Assembly: GCF_002113885.1 (NCBI RefSeq)
Contig: NW_018404269.1
Coordinates: 307,286 to 371,285, forward strand
DNA from: Mizuhopecten yessoensis
Taxonomy: Eukaryota
Reading direction: 5' to 3'
DNA length: 64,000 bases
Positions within the stretch are counted from its first letter, which is position 1. Every line of letters starts with the position of its first letter. A program made the position numbers and the translations under genes. Of this stretch, positions 14,446 through 27,516 are shown piece by piece. A model generated the notes under the pieces. It was not told where the DNA came from. It searched no databases and worked only from the letters and a program-made list of their open reading frames with translations.

Positions 14446-14702
14446 CTAAAGGAAGAAGAATCTGAACAGGTATGCTATAATGAAGACTGCGATGATGAGA
14501 ATGTAGACCATGGCCCCCGACCCGTCTTGCTTCAGCCCCAATGGGCGCGTCTGGAGGGCGCTGATAGTGTTGTCCCACTGTGCTACAATTGCTTTTCGAG
14601 CTCCCGACCACGTCTGAGAGCCCTGCAGGCGGTACTGATAGGGCGAGCATGGGCCGAAGTAACACTTGTATGCTAGAACAGGGTCGGTCAACATCAGCTT
14701 GA
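14446..14702 (-). CDS. FMO: FMO coding exon 6 ([11 protein letters not shown]...[10 protein letters not shown]...membrane anchor, stop)
   Basis: ttttacag|TC; FMO-typical FGPCxPYQYRL segment; hydrophobic tail, then stop at 14446. Confidence 0.93.
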
Positions 14703-17700
14703 CTGTAAAATAATGTCTTAAATACAGTATTTGGCGGTATAGTGCAAGTTGGGTATATCAATTATCGTTGTATATGTTAAATGTCATTTCAGTGAACTAT
14801 CAGTAAATAGAAAATATAAAACAAAATCTGTTTTTCCGCTTAACAGGAAAGATGTGTTGTATTTTTTGACAGATCGATCACCGTATTATGGTTTACAATG
14901 TTTACAACGAAGCCAAGGAAAAGTAAAATTGATGACAGCCTCTGTAAAGAACACGATACACACACGGGTGGGTGCACCTTCAAAACACGGTATTAGTTAC
15001 AGCAATCCAACAATGATATAAACTGCTCAATATAGCTGTTTCTTCATTGACTCATCGGTGATGCTAAAAGCCAAAAAGGTGGAAATCCCAATTATATTAC
15101 CTGTAACTGAGCGAGATCGGGTTATCTCAGTCGAGGGATAAGATTCTGTAACAAAATCCCAACCGAGGCCTGAGCCGAGGTTGGGATGTTACAGAATCTT
15201 AGCCTGAGACTGAGATAACCCGATCTTGCTCAGTTACAGGTAATTGCTTTTTTTTCTCGCACCTTTTATTTCGAATTTTGCTAAAAAATACAAGAATCCC
15301 GCCTTATGACGTGGGATATCTCTGTCTGAGGTGCGAGAAGAAAATGCATAGAACATCTCATTTTTATGACTTTCAGAGGAAATTAGAGGAGTTACTGGAT
15401 GATGACGTTTGGAATCTGAATACTTAACAATTCATCACAGATAAAGACACCCTAGGTGGGCTGTACTTACGGAAGTTGGGCCTGTTGCCGTTGACAGTGG
15501 CTAGCTGGTCCATGTAGTTGATGAAGTCAACTTGTATGGTGTGACGCGCTGACTTGACGTAACGGGACGCCATCATGTCCCTTTTTTGTTGGATTTCTTC
15601 CCACATCTCTTCCTTCGGAGGCAACGTCACATCACCCTGTGGAATGCAATCAATATAAAGTTTTAACTGTCATTAATAGGTTTGAATATTATTTAAGGAT
15701 TAACTTGAATATATTTTTCATGTTATGAAGATATAACACAAAAAAAACGGAGAGTACACTCTTTTTTTGTGTTATAGCTCATTTACATGAAAAATATATT
15801 CAAGTTAATCCTTATAATTTTATCTGCTATACACAATCCTGTGGAAATACACTTTTATTGATGGACTCTTAGAAATAATTGCGCCGCTGTATCAGTCAAT
15901 GAAAAGCGACGTTACAAACGGCGACGTCATTTTTTTACGTTATGGGCTGATAACATAAGTTTTTAAGCCAATGAAAATGCTTGTTACAAGCAAAATGAAA
16001 TCATAATCAGATACTTTAAAATCAACCTCAAAGTTCTAACTACAGATTTCTGCGCCCGTAATTTCCATACAGTATATATAAATATATCTGACTGATAAAA
16101 GCCTATAATGTTTCTTAAATTGCCTGGTATTGCAACTCACCTTGAACACACGTGTTGCGAGCCGGCATTGCATCTCTGAGATTGGCATGAGTGCTCCGAT
16201 AGGTTGAAAACAGCCAATCACAGCCAGTGTGTTTCTGACCTGGTCTGGAGGGAACATGTACTTGTACATCTTGATCTGGTTATCCTTCACATCCAGCACA
16301 GATTTATCAAGAAAAGGAAATCCGAAAACATAGCCTGTGGCAAGTATCACGTGATCCAGATTGTCTACCTGAGTGTCGTCGTCAAATATCACGCCCGTGC
16401 GCGTGAATCGTTTAATGTTAGGTTTGATAACGATTGATCCACAGGATATCCGGTTTGGAAGATCGTCATTTGCTGTTGGATGCTGGGACATTGGGCTATG
16501 TTTAGGCTCAAGGGCGTAGGATTTGTGATTAAACCTTTTATTCAATGAGCTCTTCAACAACCAGGCGATAAACTTTGCGGGAAACACGTTAATGACGACG
16601 TCCAGCCATCTCTGTACGACAATCATATCCAAAGGCAGTCCAGACCCACCCATACGGGAGAATACCCAGCTACCTCTTCTGGTAGAAAGGTACACCTGGG
16701 GACGATTATCAAAATCATTGTATAGTAAAGTCAGCAAGCTGAAGAAATATCGAATTAATGCCATTTTTTAAAGACGTCAACATCACCTATCTAAATTTTA
16801 GAAAAGTTAACAAAGTTTTAGCATTGTGTAAAATAAGCGCAAGAACCACACTTGATTGATTATATATAAATTAGTAATAGATACAGTACGTCAAAAATAA
16901 ATTGCAATGTAGCGTACAACATTTTCGTTCTTCTCGGGCTCATCGGTGTTTCTGAGGTCTAAAAGTTGGAAATCTAATTATTCGTCAAAACTACTGTAGA
17001 AACCTCTTTATTACATAAAATTCAAAGGAGCACATTTTCACCATGCTAGGAGATAGATAACTACATGTAGTTTGGTAATATTATTGGATGTGAATATCTA
17101 TCATTTATAGCTTAAGAACTACAGAGGAGGACGATCAATGATATCGACACACCTGGGATGCTACCCGGCTGAGCTCCGCGGCAGCGTCACCGCCAGAGTT
17201 ACCAATGCCAACAACGACAACAGACTTGCCCTCGTATCCTTGGGTGCTCTTGTAAATGTGCGAATGAATAACGTTGCCCTGGAACTCTTTAAGACCCGGA
17301 AAGTCAGGTTTGTTCTCGTAGGCATGGTGACCAGTGCAAACGAGAACGGCGTCGAATACTGACTCTTCTTCCTTACCAGTCTTCGCGTCCTTCACCTTTA
17401 TAGTCCACTGTCCGGTCTTGTAAAAGTCAGACGTAGGTTTGACCATCAACACCTAAACATGTAAATAGAGTTTGTCGATAGTCAGAGCAGATGTTCATAC
17501 CAATACAACCGTAATGGATAGTAGTAGGGGCTAGATGAAAAGGAAGGACGCCAATAGTCTTAATACAATCTTAATGGAAAGGAAAAGCAGGGTGGGCTCA
17601 TACATGTACTGTGGGGGTGGGAATAACAAAGATGAATTGTTAGTAAAATATAACGTCTTCGTGAAATCATTCACTGAGAAAACATAACATTGACTTCCGT

Positions 17701-20700
17701 CTTTTCTCAGTTTATTATCAAGAACATACCTCTGTTTGGAACCGTATATATTTCTTCAGGTTGAAGTTGTCCACGTACGTGTCGAAGTATCGTTTAACAT
17801 GGGTGTTATGGAGAAACATAGGATAGTCCTTGGGGATTGGGAAATCGCTGTAACACATCATCTCCTTGCTGGTGTTAATCACCGTCGACTTCATCACACA
17901 TGCCTGACCATATCTCGCAGATTCCGTGTAGTTCCATAGTCCTCCTACACCGCAATTACAAGTGAACGTATTCAGCTCCGTCATACAGCCAAAAACTTGT
18001 TTTTGAAACACAGCATATTTTTGGGAATATAAAACGTCACGGAGTTGCTTTAAAAGTTTCCGTTGGATGTAAGTTATGTGTGTGTGTGTGTGTGAGAGAG
18101 AATGAGTGAACGCATGCACGACAACTTGTTATTAAGCTACCTTATTTGTAAAGCATTTTTTAGTGTGCCACCTAGTAATTTTTGTTGTATTGTTGATTGT
18201 AATTTTTTATACCCAATCCAGTTGTGTTATGGCAATAAAATATGTATAAATCGATATGCGATTGGAAGGTTAATATTTTTAACTTTCAGGTCATTTTGCT
18301 ACTGGTGTTGGTTTTATGTTTACATCTGAAATAAAGTTCCTGCTTTAATCATGTTTCAAATACATTTTTAACGATAAAGCCAAATCTGCCGTTAGTTTTC
18401 GGTACGTAAAACTTATCAACAAAAGAAGTTCCTCAGCGAGGGACGGCGAAATATCGTATGTATTTATCTCATCACTCTCTTTTTAAAATTTACAAAGGAC
18501 ATAATATTTACGAATTTTGCATGGAATAACAAAATATATAGGAGTTCAGAGAATTATTTCCAAATCTCCCCACGTAAAAACGGGCACAGTTTGTTATGAA
18601 GTCACATATACTATTTAGATATCCAATTTTAATTGGGTCTCCTGGGTAAAGGAGATTTTCTTGTTTTGAAAGTTGTTTTAAGAAGTTCTCTAAAAGTGAT
18701 ATTCCAAGAGAATTAAAGTGGTTCTTTTAAGAGGATTTTAGAAGCATTCATAACAATGTCAATGGTTTCCGCATGGCCGTTTTGAGCAATCGCTAAAGTG
18801 TTGGAGACCCGGCGTGGAAAACTCGAAAATCTGTTTTTCGGCATAACTGAAGCTTTGATAAATCGTTTTTGAAACGAAAATCATACCTTGCAAATTTTAA
18901 AAATATATAAAGATGACAAACACAAAGAATACCACCAACAGTGATCTGAGTGAAACAAATATCAGCGGGCTAGACCAGGTTTCGAACCATTATTCTGTCA
19001 GTAAAACCTACTCAGCGAAATATTCGATTGAAATGTGCTGGCCAAATTGCGCTACAGTTATATACAAAACGAAAAAAGTGGAGGTTAGTACAAAAGACAC
19101 GACAGGGACATTTCTAGTGTTTTACTTGCATAAGGACACTTAAGGAGGTATGTGTTATTAGATAATCCGTTGACTTCAGTCAGATAGGGATAGTCGAGTG
19201 ATCTGAGCTAGCCTTGTGACCTAACGTAGCCCGGTTTTCTTAGGTCACAGAAAGTCGGGCTTTATTATTCTAACAGCCTAGTCTATTCCAATTCATAGTT
19301 CAAATAACAAACTCCATTTCTTATTGGTGGCAGTTTTAGCAACAGATAGACTGAAGCCACTTTGGCGTACTTCCCAACACATCACACGTGAACATTGTAA
19401 ATGCCAACAAGTAGATTGACATAAAGTCGTTTTCCTTGACTTAACACATACTCAGGCCTACAGTTTCACATGCGAAGTGTTTTATGAAAGAGAACAAAAA
19501 CACAATCTGGAAAACGCTTACAATAAAGTTACTTTCTGTGGATTTTTTTTCATCTAAACCTTCAAGCGTTCTAATAACACTGCTTTTTTCGTTTTGTTCA
19601 GCAACATTGACAAATATATCCCTCAATGAACAAGATCATGAAAAGATAAAGAAAGCATGAAGTCAGATACACTAGGGTCTTTATAGCGACCTTGATAAAT
19701 TGATATGTACACATGGTCCAAATGTACATTTTTCATACAAAAGACATATGTTCGGCAAAGTGTGAGTGAAATCAACTTGGAGGCTGATTTTATTTCATTT
19801 GTTGTTTTAATAACTGTACAATACTAAACTAGCATTGAGTGCAATCTATATAACAGTGGAAAAATAGGACTGAATAGAATGACCCACAAACATCCCCAAT
19901 TGCATAAAAATTGACATAAAGACCAGGAACTAAGAATATTATCTAATTTCATGAACAAAATAGTTTCAAACCAAAATGTATTCGTCGTTTCTTGAACCAT
20001 TCTTCTTCAACCAAAAGCAAATGAAATGGCTATAAACAATTTTGAAGATCAGAGAAGAGGATAACGCATTTCTGATACTAGAAACAGCTTAATAAAGAAA
20101 CATTCGACCACCAAATTGACAAATTCTATAGCAGTTTATTATGATAAGAAAAAAGTTGGTACTTCTGAAATAATCAGCTGTTTGGATATCCGGTTTGGAA
20201 GATCGTCATTTGCTGTTGGATGCTGGGACATTGGGCTACGTTTAGGCTCAAGGGCGTAGGATTTGTGGTTAAACCTTTTATTCAATGAGTTCTTCAACAA
20301 CCAGGCGATAAACTTTGCGGGAAACACGTTAATGACGACGTCCAGCCATCTCTGTACGATAATCATATCCAAAGGCAGTCCAGACCCACCCATACGGGAT
20401 AATACCAAGCTACCTCTTCTGGTAGAAAGGTACACCTTGGGACGATGATCAATATCATTGTATCTATTTTTAAAGACGTCAACATCGCCTATCTAAATTT
20501 ATATAATACTCATGAACATGACATCCTGTGACCGTCATAAAAAAACAGTTATCTTTAACTCCGTAACTAAGCATTCCAACATAACAAATTATCTTTCATG
20601 CCGTTAGTGTCAAGCTATGGAACAGGTGATACACATGATCATGGAATATTAAACTTGCTTAACTACACAGGAATTTCATAACTATAACAGTGTCGATGAT

Positions 20701-21145
20701 AAATATTTAGATTCAAAGCTTTACTGAAAATGAATCCTTGTTCCTGAAACAACATGACTGGGCAAATAGAAGTAGTCCCGCCCATAGATATGTTAACTTT
20801 GGTCTGGTATGGACCTCACTATCGATACAAATGACCATGTTCACACAGGGCATTATTTGATCACCCATGTGTTGCTGACATGCTGTCGTTGATGCGCATC
20901 GTCATCTGGATTAACGTCATTTCCAGTGACGTGTCCTGCGTTGTACCTGACATGCTCAAGAAATAATTTCCAGATAGAAAATGAATTAGTTATGAATTTC
21001 CCTTCTATAACCTTAAGTATTAAAAAAAGTGAAAACGAAACGTAGCTACTACGCTTAGAGCTTCCTAATCTCAATCAGCAACATGTTCCTTGAGGCATGA
21101 GACGGGAGGCATGCTTTATACATATCATATATTCTACGGNGGATT

Positions 21146-21184
<39 letters not shown>

Positions 21185-22675
21185 TTGTGGATTGGCTTGA
21201 TAAGTGATAAGTGATCAAAAACCATATCAATATTCAAATAAGTGGCCGCCGATTCATTTTTCCTCCAGCTAGTATCTAACTAGGCAATTAAAATTTATAT
21301 CTAGTGGTTATTCGTATGTTTTTGTTTAAGGTCAAAGTATGTGGAAGTCTGGTAGGTAATAGTCCGAATATTCTTATTTAAGCAGTTTTTCATTGCAAAA
21401 TTTGACTTTTGAAACTCGTTATATCGACTAATGAAAGACGTTATAATGAAATAGGTTGCGTTGTAACGTTCTTAACTCGCATAACGATTCGTTTTGTTGT
21501 TTGGTTCATTTTTGTTCAAATTGGCCCTTCTAGGCATTCTTATGGAGGTTCTCACCAAACATGTTCAGATTATAATGTAGGTGATATCACCATGATTAGT
21601 TAGATTTACACGTACCTGGGGTCAGGACCTCGGATTTTGTTCAGCTAAAGGACAATCTGGCGTGATTTTTTTTCGAACTGCTGCTTTTAGTGATATTGTT
21701 TTTGTTTCCATGCTTTGATAGGATATGTGGCACGTTTAGATGTAAAATGAAATGCATCATATAGTATATATATAACACAAGGTCCCAACCCCATGTACCG
21801 CGGTCGTATTTGGAAATAATGACGTGATATCACCTTGTCACTTCTGAAAACAAAGATCTTTTTATGAGCGTACAGCAGCATCCGTGATAAGACACGTACT
21901 AGTCCTATATCATCCATTATGATTATTAGAATAATGCATGTATGTATCTGCATACTTAACCTGGTTGAAATTAAACCATTTGTCGTGAAATCATCCATAG
22001 AAACTATTTAACCAAGCATGATAAATAGACTTAATAGTTATGTGTTAGTATGTGGCTTGGCACTGCAATAAGGGATGAACGTAACAAATTTTAGTTTATT
22101 TAATGGTAGCCTTTCAGACAGTTAGTGTATGCACGCATCACACTGGTAATCGAACTAAGCCTGCGAGTTGTAGTTATGTTTGCTCATGTACAGAAAATTT
22201 GGTGGAATTCGGTCAATTTTAGGGGAGTTAATGATCAAAAACTAAAGCGTGAGTAACGGAAAGACAGAGACAGATGTACCGACAAACCTAACTTAATTCT
22301 CTCGCGTTTTCTCTAAAAATCCAGAGAAATTTGTATTTTGACAAAGAATAAAATGAATTTTGCAATTTAAATGCTATGTATTAAAAAAACAAAACGATAC
22401 AAGTAATAACGACGCTTCCCCAAATTCCATTCAATGCTAAAATTGGACTTTTAACATTTCTGTATCTTACCGTACTCCTTTAACATAAGAGGCTACGTGC
22501 ACTGGTCGGCCATTTTTAATCGGATATGATGTAAAACTTCTAACATTGTTAGAATTTATAGCTTACCGATGTCATCCGTCCTCTCGAAACAAGTTGGCTC
22601 AAGTCCCTCGTCCAGTGAGCATTTGATGGCTGTTATCCCACTGGCCCCAGCCCCTATAACGGCAACAGTTCGCAT
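14446..22675 (-). CDS. FMO: Flavin-containing monooxygenase (dimethylaniline monooxygenase [N-oxide-forming], FMO5-like), 6 coding exons, 533 aa
   Basis: Exons (minus): 22675-22567, 17944-17730, 17452-17153, 16695-16141, 15636-15471, 14702-14446. All introns are GT-AG with matching phases; 1602 nt = 533 aa + stop. Motifs: FAD-binding GAGASG, DDIGGLW, FMO fingerprint FxGxxxHxxxY ([11 protein letters not shown]), NADP-binding GIGNSG, ATGY, and a hydrophobic C-terminal anchor ([15 protein letters not shown]). Paralogue number cannot be assigned without a tree. Confidence 0.95.
15096..15244. repeat. Long hairpin (MITE-like) in FMO intron 5
   Basis: attacctgtaactgagcgagatcgggttatctcagtc ... gactgagataacccgatcttgctcagttacaggtaat. 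Confidence 0.85.
15471..15636 (-). CDS. FMO: FMO coding exon 5 ([11 protein letters not shown]...[15 protein letters not shown]...RPNF)
   Basis: ttccacag|GGT ... C|gtaagt; phase 1. Confidence 0.93.
15694..15814. repeat. Long hairpin (MITE-like) in FMO intron 4
   Basis: taaggattaacttgaatatatttttcatgt ... acatgaaaaatatattcaagttaatcctta. Confidence 0.85.
16141..16695 (-). CDS. FMO: FMO coding exon 4 ([10 protein letters not shown]...ATRVFK)
   Basis: ccccag|GTG ... AAG|gtgagt; 555 nt; ATGY motif. Confidence 0.95.
17153..17452 (-). CDS. FMO: FMO coding exon 3 (VLMVKP...[19 protein letters not shown])
   Basis: tttag|GTG ... CAG|gtgtgt; 300 nt; carries the FMO fingerprint and NADP motif. Confidence 0.95.
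17730..17944 (-). CDS. FMO: FMO coding exon 2 (GGLWNYTE...IRFQTE)
   Basis: Acceptor gtgtag|GA (weak pyrimidine tract) completes DDIG-GLW; donor GAG|gtatgt. Confidence 0.92.
20184..20501 (-). pseudogene. Partial duplicate of FMO exon 4 (5' part) plus upstream intron flank, inside FMO intron 1
   Basis: Aligns to about 16444-16800 (offset 3740) with a ~40-bp deletion in the intronic part; amino-acid changes W>L, F>L, V>I, S>N, H>R; acceptor AG retained (ccaag|GTG). Confidence 0.9.
22567..22675 (-). CDS. FMO: FMO coding exon 1 ([37 protein letters not shown])
   Basis: Not in the ORF track (too short); read manually. ATG at 22675, donor G|gtaagc at 22567, phase 1. Confidence 0.95.
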
Positions 22676-22719
22676 CTTGACGGAATTATGTTATAATTGT
22701 CGCTTTGTCTAAGACGTGC

Positions 22720-22726
22720 TTATATA
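22720..22726 (-). promoter_or_regulatory. Possible TATA box (TATATAA) for FMO
   Basis: About 45 nt upstream of the FMO ATG on the minus strand; the AT-rich background makes this weak. Confidence 0.3.
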
Positions 22727-22973
22727 ATACACGCAGGCTGTAAAAAGGTCTCTGTCGGCTGTCTTATCAGTAACTATATAGGTCAACAGTGGCCTTCACC
22801 TGCTGTCACATATCATAGGTGTTGTTCCCGTACAGATCGAGCAGGTCTTTTCGTACAGAACACTTGGCATGAGCATGCAGTCTGTATCGCAGAAAGAGGT
22901 GGTGCGTCACAGCTACCTACAATTCTGCATTTCAAATTGTTAGATGGAAGACTCTTAACAACTGATTATGTGT

Positions 22974-23097
22974 TAGTCCGAATTATTCTGACGTTTTATC
23001 GACTTTTTTTCATATCGGTCTGTCGTCGATTAACGTCGTTAATCGACGACAGACCGATATGAAAAAAGTCGATAAAACGTCAGAATAATTCGGACTA
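22974..23097. mobile_element. Fold-back MITE: near-perfect 124-bp palindrome with a 9-bp target-site duplication (ATTATGTGT)
   Basis: TSD at 22965-22973 and 23098-23106; the arms match except T7 vs A6. Confidence 0.9.
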
Positions 23098-23606
23098 ATT
23101 ATGTGTAAACAGATATTATGAATTGATCACAAATAATTTCGTTACGAATTTTTGTGGCAAACTTTTAAATGGATAAAACAAAACCATGCTTTTAAATGAT
23201 TTCCCGTTACCCAAGGGGTAGGAACCGATTATTCTATTAAAATGTTGCACATCCACATGATCACACGTAAACATGCTATTGTTCTATGAGTTTCCTTTGA
23301 GCCATACATTTATATATATTTTAATCAATCAACGAAATTTTTTGAAACATTCCAGTTGAAGTATTACCGTTGACTAATGTTATACACATCTGTTTTCCAA
23401 GCTGATTGCATCAAGTACAAAGAACAAGTTAGAACTTTGCTTAGCCGACATCATGCTGCATTCTGTTTGATTTTGGTGCTTTACTGGAAATCAAATCAGC
23501 AGAACGTTTTGTATTCGTTACACAATGTAATCCTAACATTCTTTATTTCAGGATTTCCTTCACAAACCTCCTATGAAGGATATGGGCACCAAAACATCCT
23601 TCATAC

Positions 23607-25545
23607 TAGAGAATAATATAGACATATGTAATACAACGTGTGCTTTACTGTATTTCAGATTGTCCCATCATTTGTGACTAACAAATCAAAATAGACGAGT
23701 TCTTATCTATGATGGGACAACCTTGTAGTGATACAATACCCAGTCACCACTACTCGCTGAATCTACCCTTGGCCCTGCTCAAAGATGCCAGTGCTCAACT
23801 GCCCTATTGACGGCTGTACATACGCCACCCCTGATGTGGATGCCATTGTGGATGCAGCTCTAATCACCACTCATGCAACAATCCACAATGCCAATGCTTC
23901 ACCTGCTGCTATCGCGAAGGTTAAAAAAGTTAACCACCAACCATATCATCCGCCGGCACCAGTGAGGGCTGGTCATATTTCCTATCCAGATGGACTGACT
24001 ATGTTGAAGCCACCAAGGTTTCCGGCAAAGACATAGTGAATCAAATATTAAAGTGTTGCGAGGAGCACCTACGAAAGAATCGTACTTGTACTGCTGGTGG
24101 AACATTACCGAATAAATCTGAGGCAGAAGTTATCAGGGCTATGAAGACACTACACTATCTCCAGCCATGTGTATCTTTGGCAGGTCTATCAAGCATTTCA
24201 TTCAAGTTCTTCCTGGTCGATACAGACCACATAACACCTGGCAGGAGACATTGACCGCCAGAGAAGATGCACTTAGAAACAGACACATGAAGGCCGCTGA
24301 GCGTTGGTCTGAACACACCAAGCAACTACCACCGCTCGTCATTGGCAATCATGTCTGCATTCAAAACCGGACATGACCCAACCCTCGGAAATGGGATAAA
24401 ACTAGCAAGATAATTGAGGTCCGCCTACATGACCAGTATGTGGGAAGAATTGATGGTTCTGGTGGAGTAGCACTACGTCACAGCAACTTCCTCCGCAAAA
24501 ACGTTCCAGTTCATCCCCAGAGAACGCGAATCAGTATCGAGGATGACATGAAGAATGCTACCTCTAGGCCAAACCACACACCTGAGAGTCCAAAAAACTC
24601 CATTCACATTGAACAGGTTGTATCACCCAGCCCTGCTCCACCGCCAGCCATTCATGTACCACCGGAGAGTCCTATGTTACCAGATTAGGCTAATTTACAA
24701 AACACCATGGCTAATACTCTACTTGCCACCACCCTGGAACCACCACCGTTGGACGAGACCACGAACACACTTACCCGTTCTAAGCCAGCCACATGCGGTA
24801 CACCGCTGCAAAGGCTTTCGGTATCTCCAATTCCGTGTCCATCTACTTCTCCAGCTACAGGACAAAGTCAGCCACCTACACCTCGGGTACCGCAACATTG
24901 CCCATCAGCCACTGCTACTCGGGGATCCATATCCACCCGAAAAAGACTTGCTTGCCTAGACTCCAGATACTATGATATGTCTACCATATACGTGCCAGAA
25001 AAATCCTCAATATAAACAGGTTTATGGACTTATTATCCAGTGCTTGACAGAACAGTTTAAACAACTTTAATTATGTATATTATAATCTGTCCTTCAGTGT
25101 ATATAGTTACTTCATTAGAGACACACCAAAGACTTGGGGAGATAGAGAATATTCTCCCACACCTGACAGATTTATCTCCCGTTTTGCCGGTGCTAGATTT
25201 ATCTGTCTCCGCCCTAGGGTTGAGACGGGGGGATTCCCCTATTCATAACAATGGCATGACGTCACTTCAACAATACAATGAGGTCACGTCAACAATCCAT
25301 CAACAAATTGCCTGTATGTGTTTTGGGTCCATGTTTACCTTTATTTCACATTAAAATACGGCAAGCCTCGTTCTGGACAAAAAATCTTAGTCCTCGGGTT
25401 GAGATTTCTCTATCTTACACAACCAGTAGCGATAGATTCTATTAATATAGACGTATGCAATACAACTTGTACTTTACTGTATTTCAGATGGTCCCATCAT
25501 TTGTGACTTACAAATAAAGTGATCCAAATAGACGAGTTCTAATCG
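23607..25545 (+). mobile_element. Internally deleted, degenerate Ty3/Gypsy-like LTR retrotransposon
   Basis: Direct repeats about 23607-23709 and 25143-25545 (the latter with ~290 bp extra); gag-like N-terminus MPVLNCPIDGCTYATPDVDAIV; integrase C-terminus-like PGRYRPHNTW...LPPLVIG..V.IQN...KWDK...DGSG; purine tract ggggagatagag before the 3' repeat; stops and frameshifts throughout. Confidence 0.8.
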
Positions 25546-27516
25546 ACATACATAGTTCTGCATGTGTATACCTATATTTTATTCCAGAGAATTATTTAAG
25601 GGCGGTGTTTTGGTTTTGATTTTATATAACGTACTATCAACGGCTAAGGTCATTTAAGGACCAAGGGCAGCGGACCAGGAAAGATACACAAGAATATATA
25701 TCCGCTAGCGTGGTCCAAAGACTCGACCAAAATAATCGTATTTCTTCGGATTTCACAGGTTATCATACGCTTAAGGCAGAGGGATTTTTCCAAGCAATGA
25801 TTACAAACCACCTCTTAAACCTAAATTAGTCTTAACCTAAAGCAAGATCTTGACATGTTATAAACAAAATAGTACTTTTTTTATTTGCAATGTTTGTAAG
25901 TCATTTTATAACTGAACTTAATATTATGAAGTGATGCTAGAACTTTTCAATTCCTGTCACATGACCCTCGATTTCACATTTGTATACTGTTAAAATAAGA
26001 CTAATCATTCTACGATGGTTTTACATTGTCACAACCATCTTAATTAACTGTCGGTATGCCTCTCACCAGCCAGTAAAAATGCAATTAAGCTCCACATGAC
26101 CAAGGTATGCGATGATCTTTTGATAATTTGTCATTTCGTAACATTCAGTTCGGTTACAAAAGAGATTTACAATTGACATGAAAGTATGCATTTCGAACGC
26201 CGTAAGAGATGTAAGCGTTACAAGGTAATTTGCTGAATCAATTATAAATCGCAAAGGGCTTGCAACGTGGTCAATGGTGTCAGATAGCAAGCTTAAAGCA
26301 GGTTGAAATCTGTCGTTGTCCTAGATTAACGATCTAGACGTATTTGAAGAGGCCGACGTGGGACAGGTTATCCAAGTTGAAGCTCGTCACAAAAACAAAG
26401 CCGGACAATATATATATAGTTGAAAGACCTTGTCTTGCAACGTTTCGTGAAGTTGGAAACGGCAGAAAGACATTTGTCGTTTTGTCAACATGCCTGGTAC
26501 TCCATACATAACGACGTCATGCATGTCTCTCTCTATATATATATAGCTAGTTAGTCCGATTTAGAGTTACCCAAAATGCACATGTACTTGTTCATGTAAA
26601 AAAGGGAATTATTTTTACTTTTTTTAGAGTGCTGATCCAGGAAAGAGTGGAGAGTAGGGAGCTGGGATTCTGGAGTTAAAACCATCCAAACTGTCATTGA
26701 ATTACGTGTATCTTAGAAGTCTAATGTTGTTGATAGGCTTAATTGTGGACCACCAGCCCTTAAAAGATTTTGTAAGGAGTTAGCCAGTGGCTTTTACTAC
26801 CTTAGCTACCCCAACTTTTAAACTTAGTTATCGGACGTCAAAGAAATCAAATTGTTTTGGACAATTCAAGTGTAAATGGTGGCCTCTCAGGCATGGTACA
26901 TGTAGCTAGGCTAGCTATCGTCTAGTCATAGGTTTCCGTGCGTTATATATTTCTGCGCAGCCATTTTATCAAGCTATATCTCGTTACTATGTGACCTGCT
27001 GGACACTACACAAGGATATTTTTTGTATACCAAACGAAGTTTTGTTCGTGCGGGCCACTATGGAGAATTTACTTTTAGTGTATATAGCTATATTTCTTTG
27101 AACACTAGTACTAAATCAAAATAGACACACGTTACGGAAACTCCGACGGGAGAAAGTTTAAAATTGTTGCATCTGATTTTTTTTTTAAATAGAATTTTCT
27201 GTTGCTAGTTTTTTTTTCTATTAGTAGATTGTGTACATGTCTATTACTGTCATCCGTAATTTCAACATTTTTCTACCGATATGATCAGGCATGAGTGCGC
27301 GGAAACCGATAACACAGGGATCTAAAACTGATGATTAAAGGGAAGTAACTGTTACAAAATATGTCGAAACTAAATAATCTATAGTTATGCGGTATTGACA
27401 GTCACGCAGGATACAAATGCTTTTAGTCGTTTTCTATGGGTTGTATTGCCTCAACCTGATTTTTATTTTCCTTTCTTTTATAATTAGCACGCATTAAATA
27501 CAAACCGAAAGTAGCG

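Noticed and set aside
17945-18119. N-terminal extension of ORF 17718-18119 as the FMO start, or FMO as 5'-truncated
   Set aside because: The true exon 1 with GAGASG lies at 22567-22675 and splices in phase to 17944; the extension runs through a (TG)n microsatellite.
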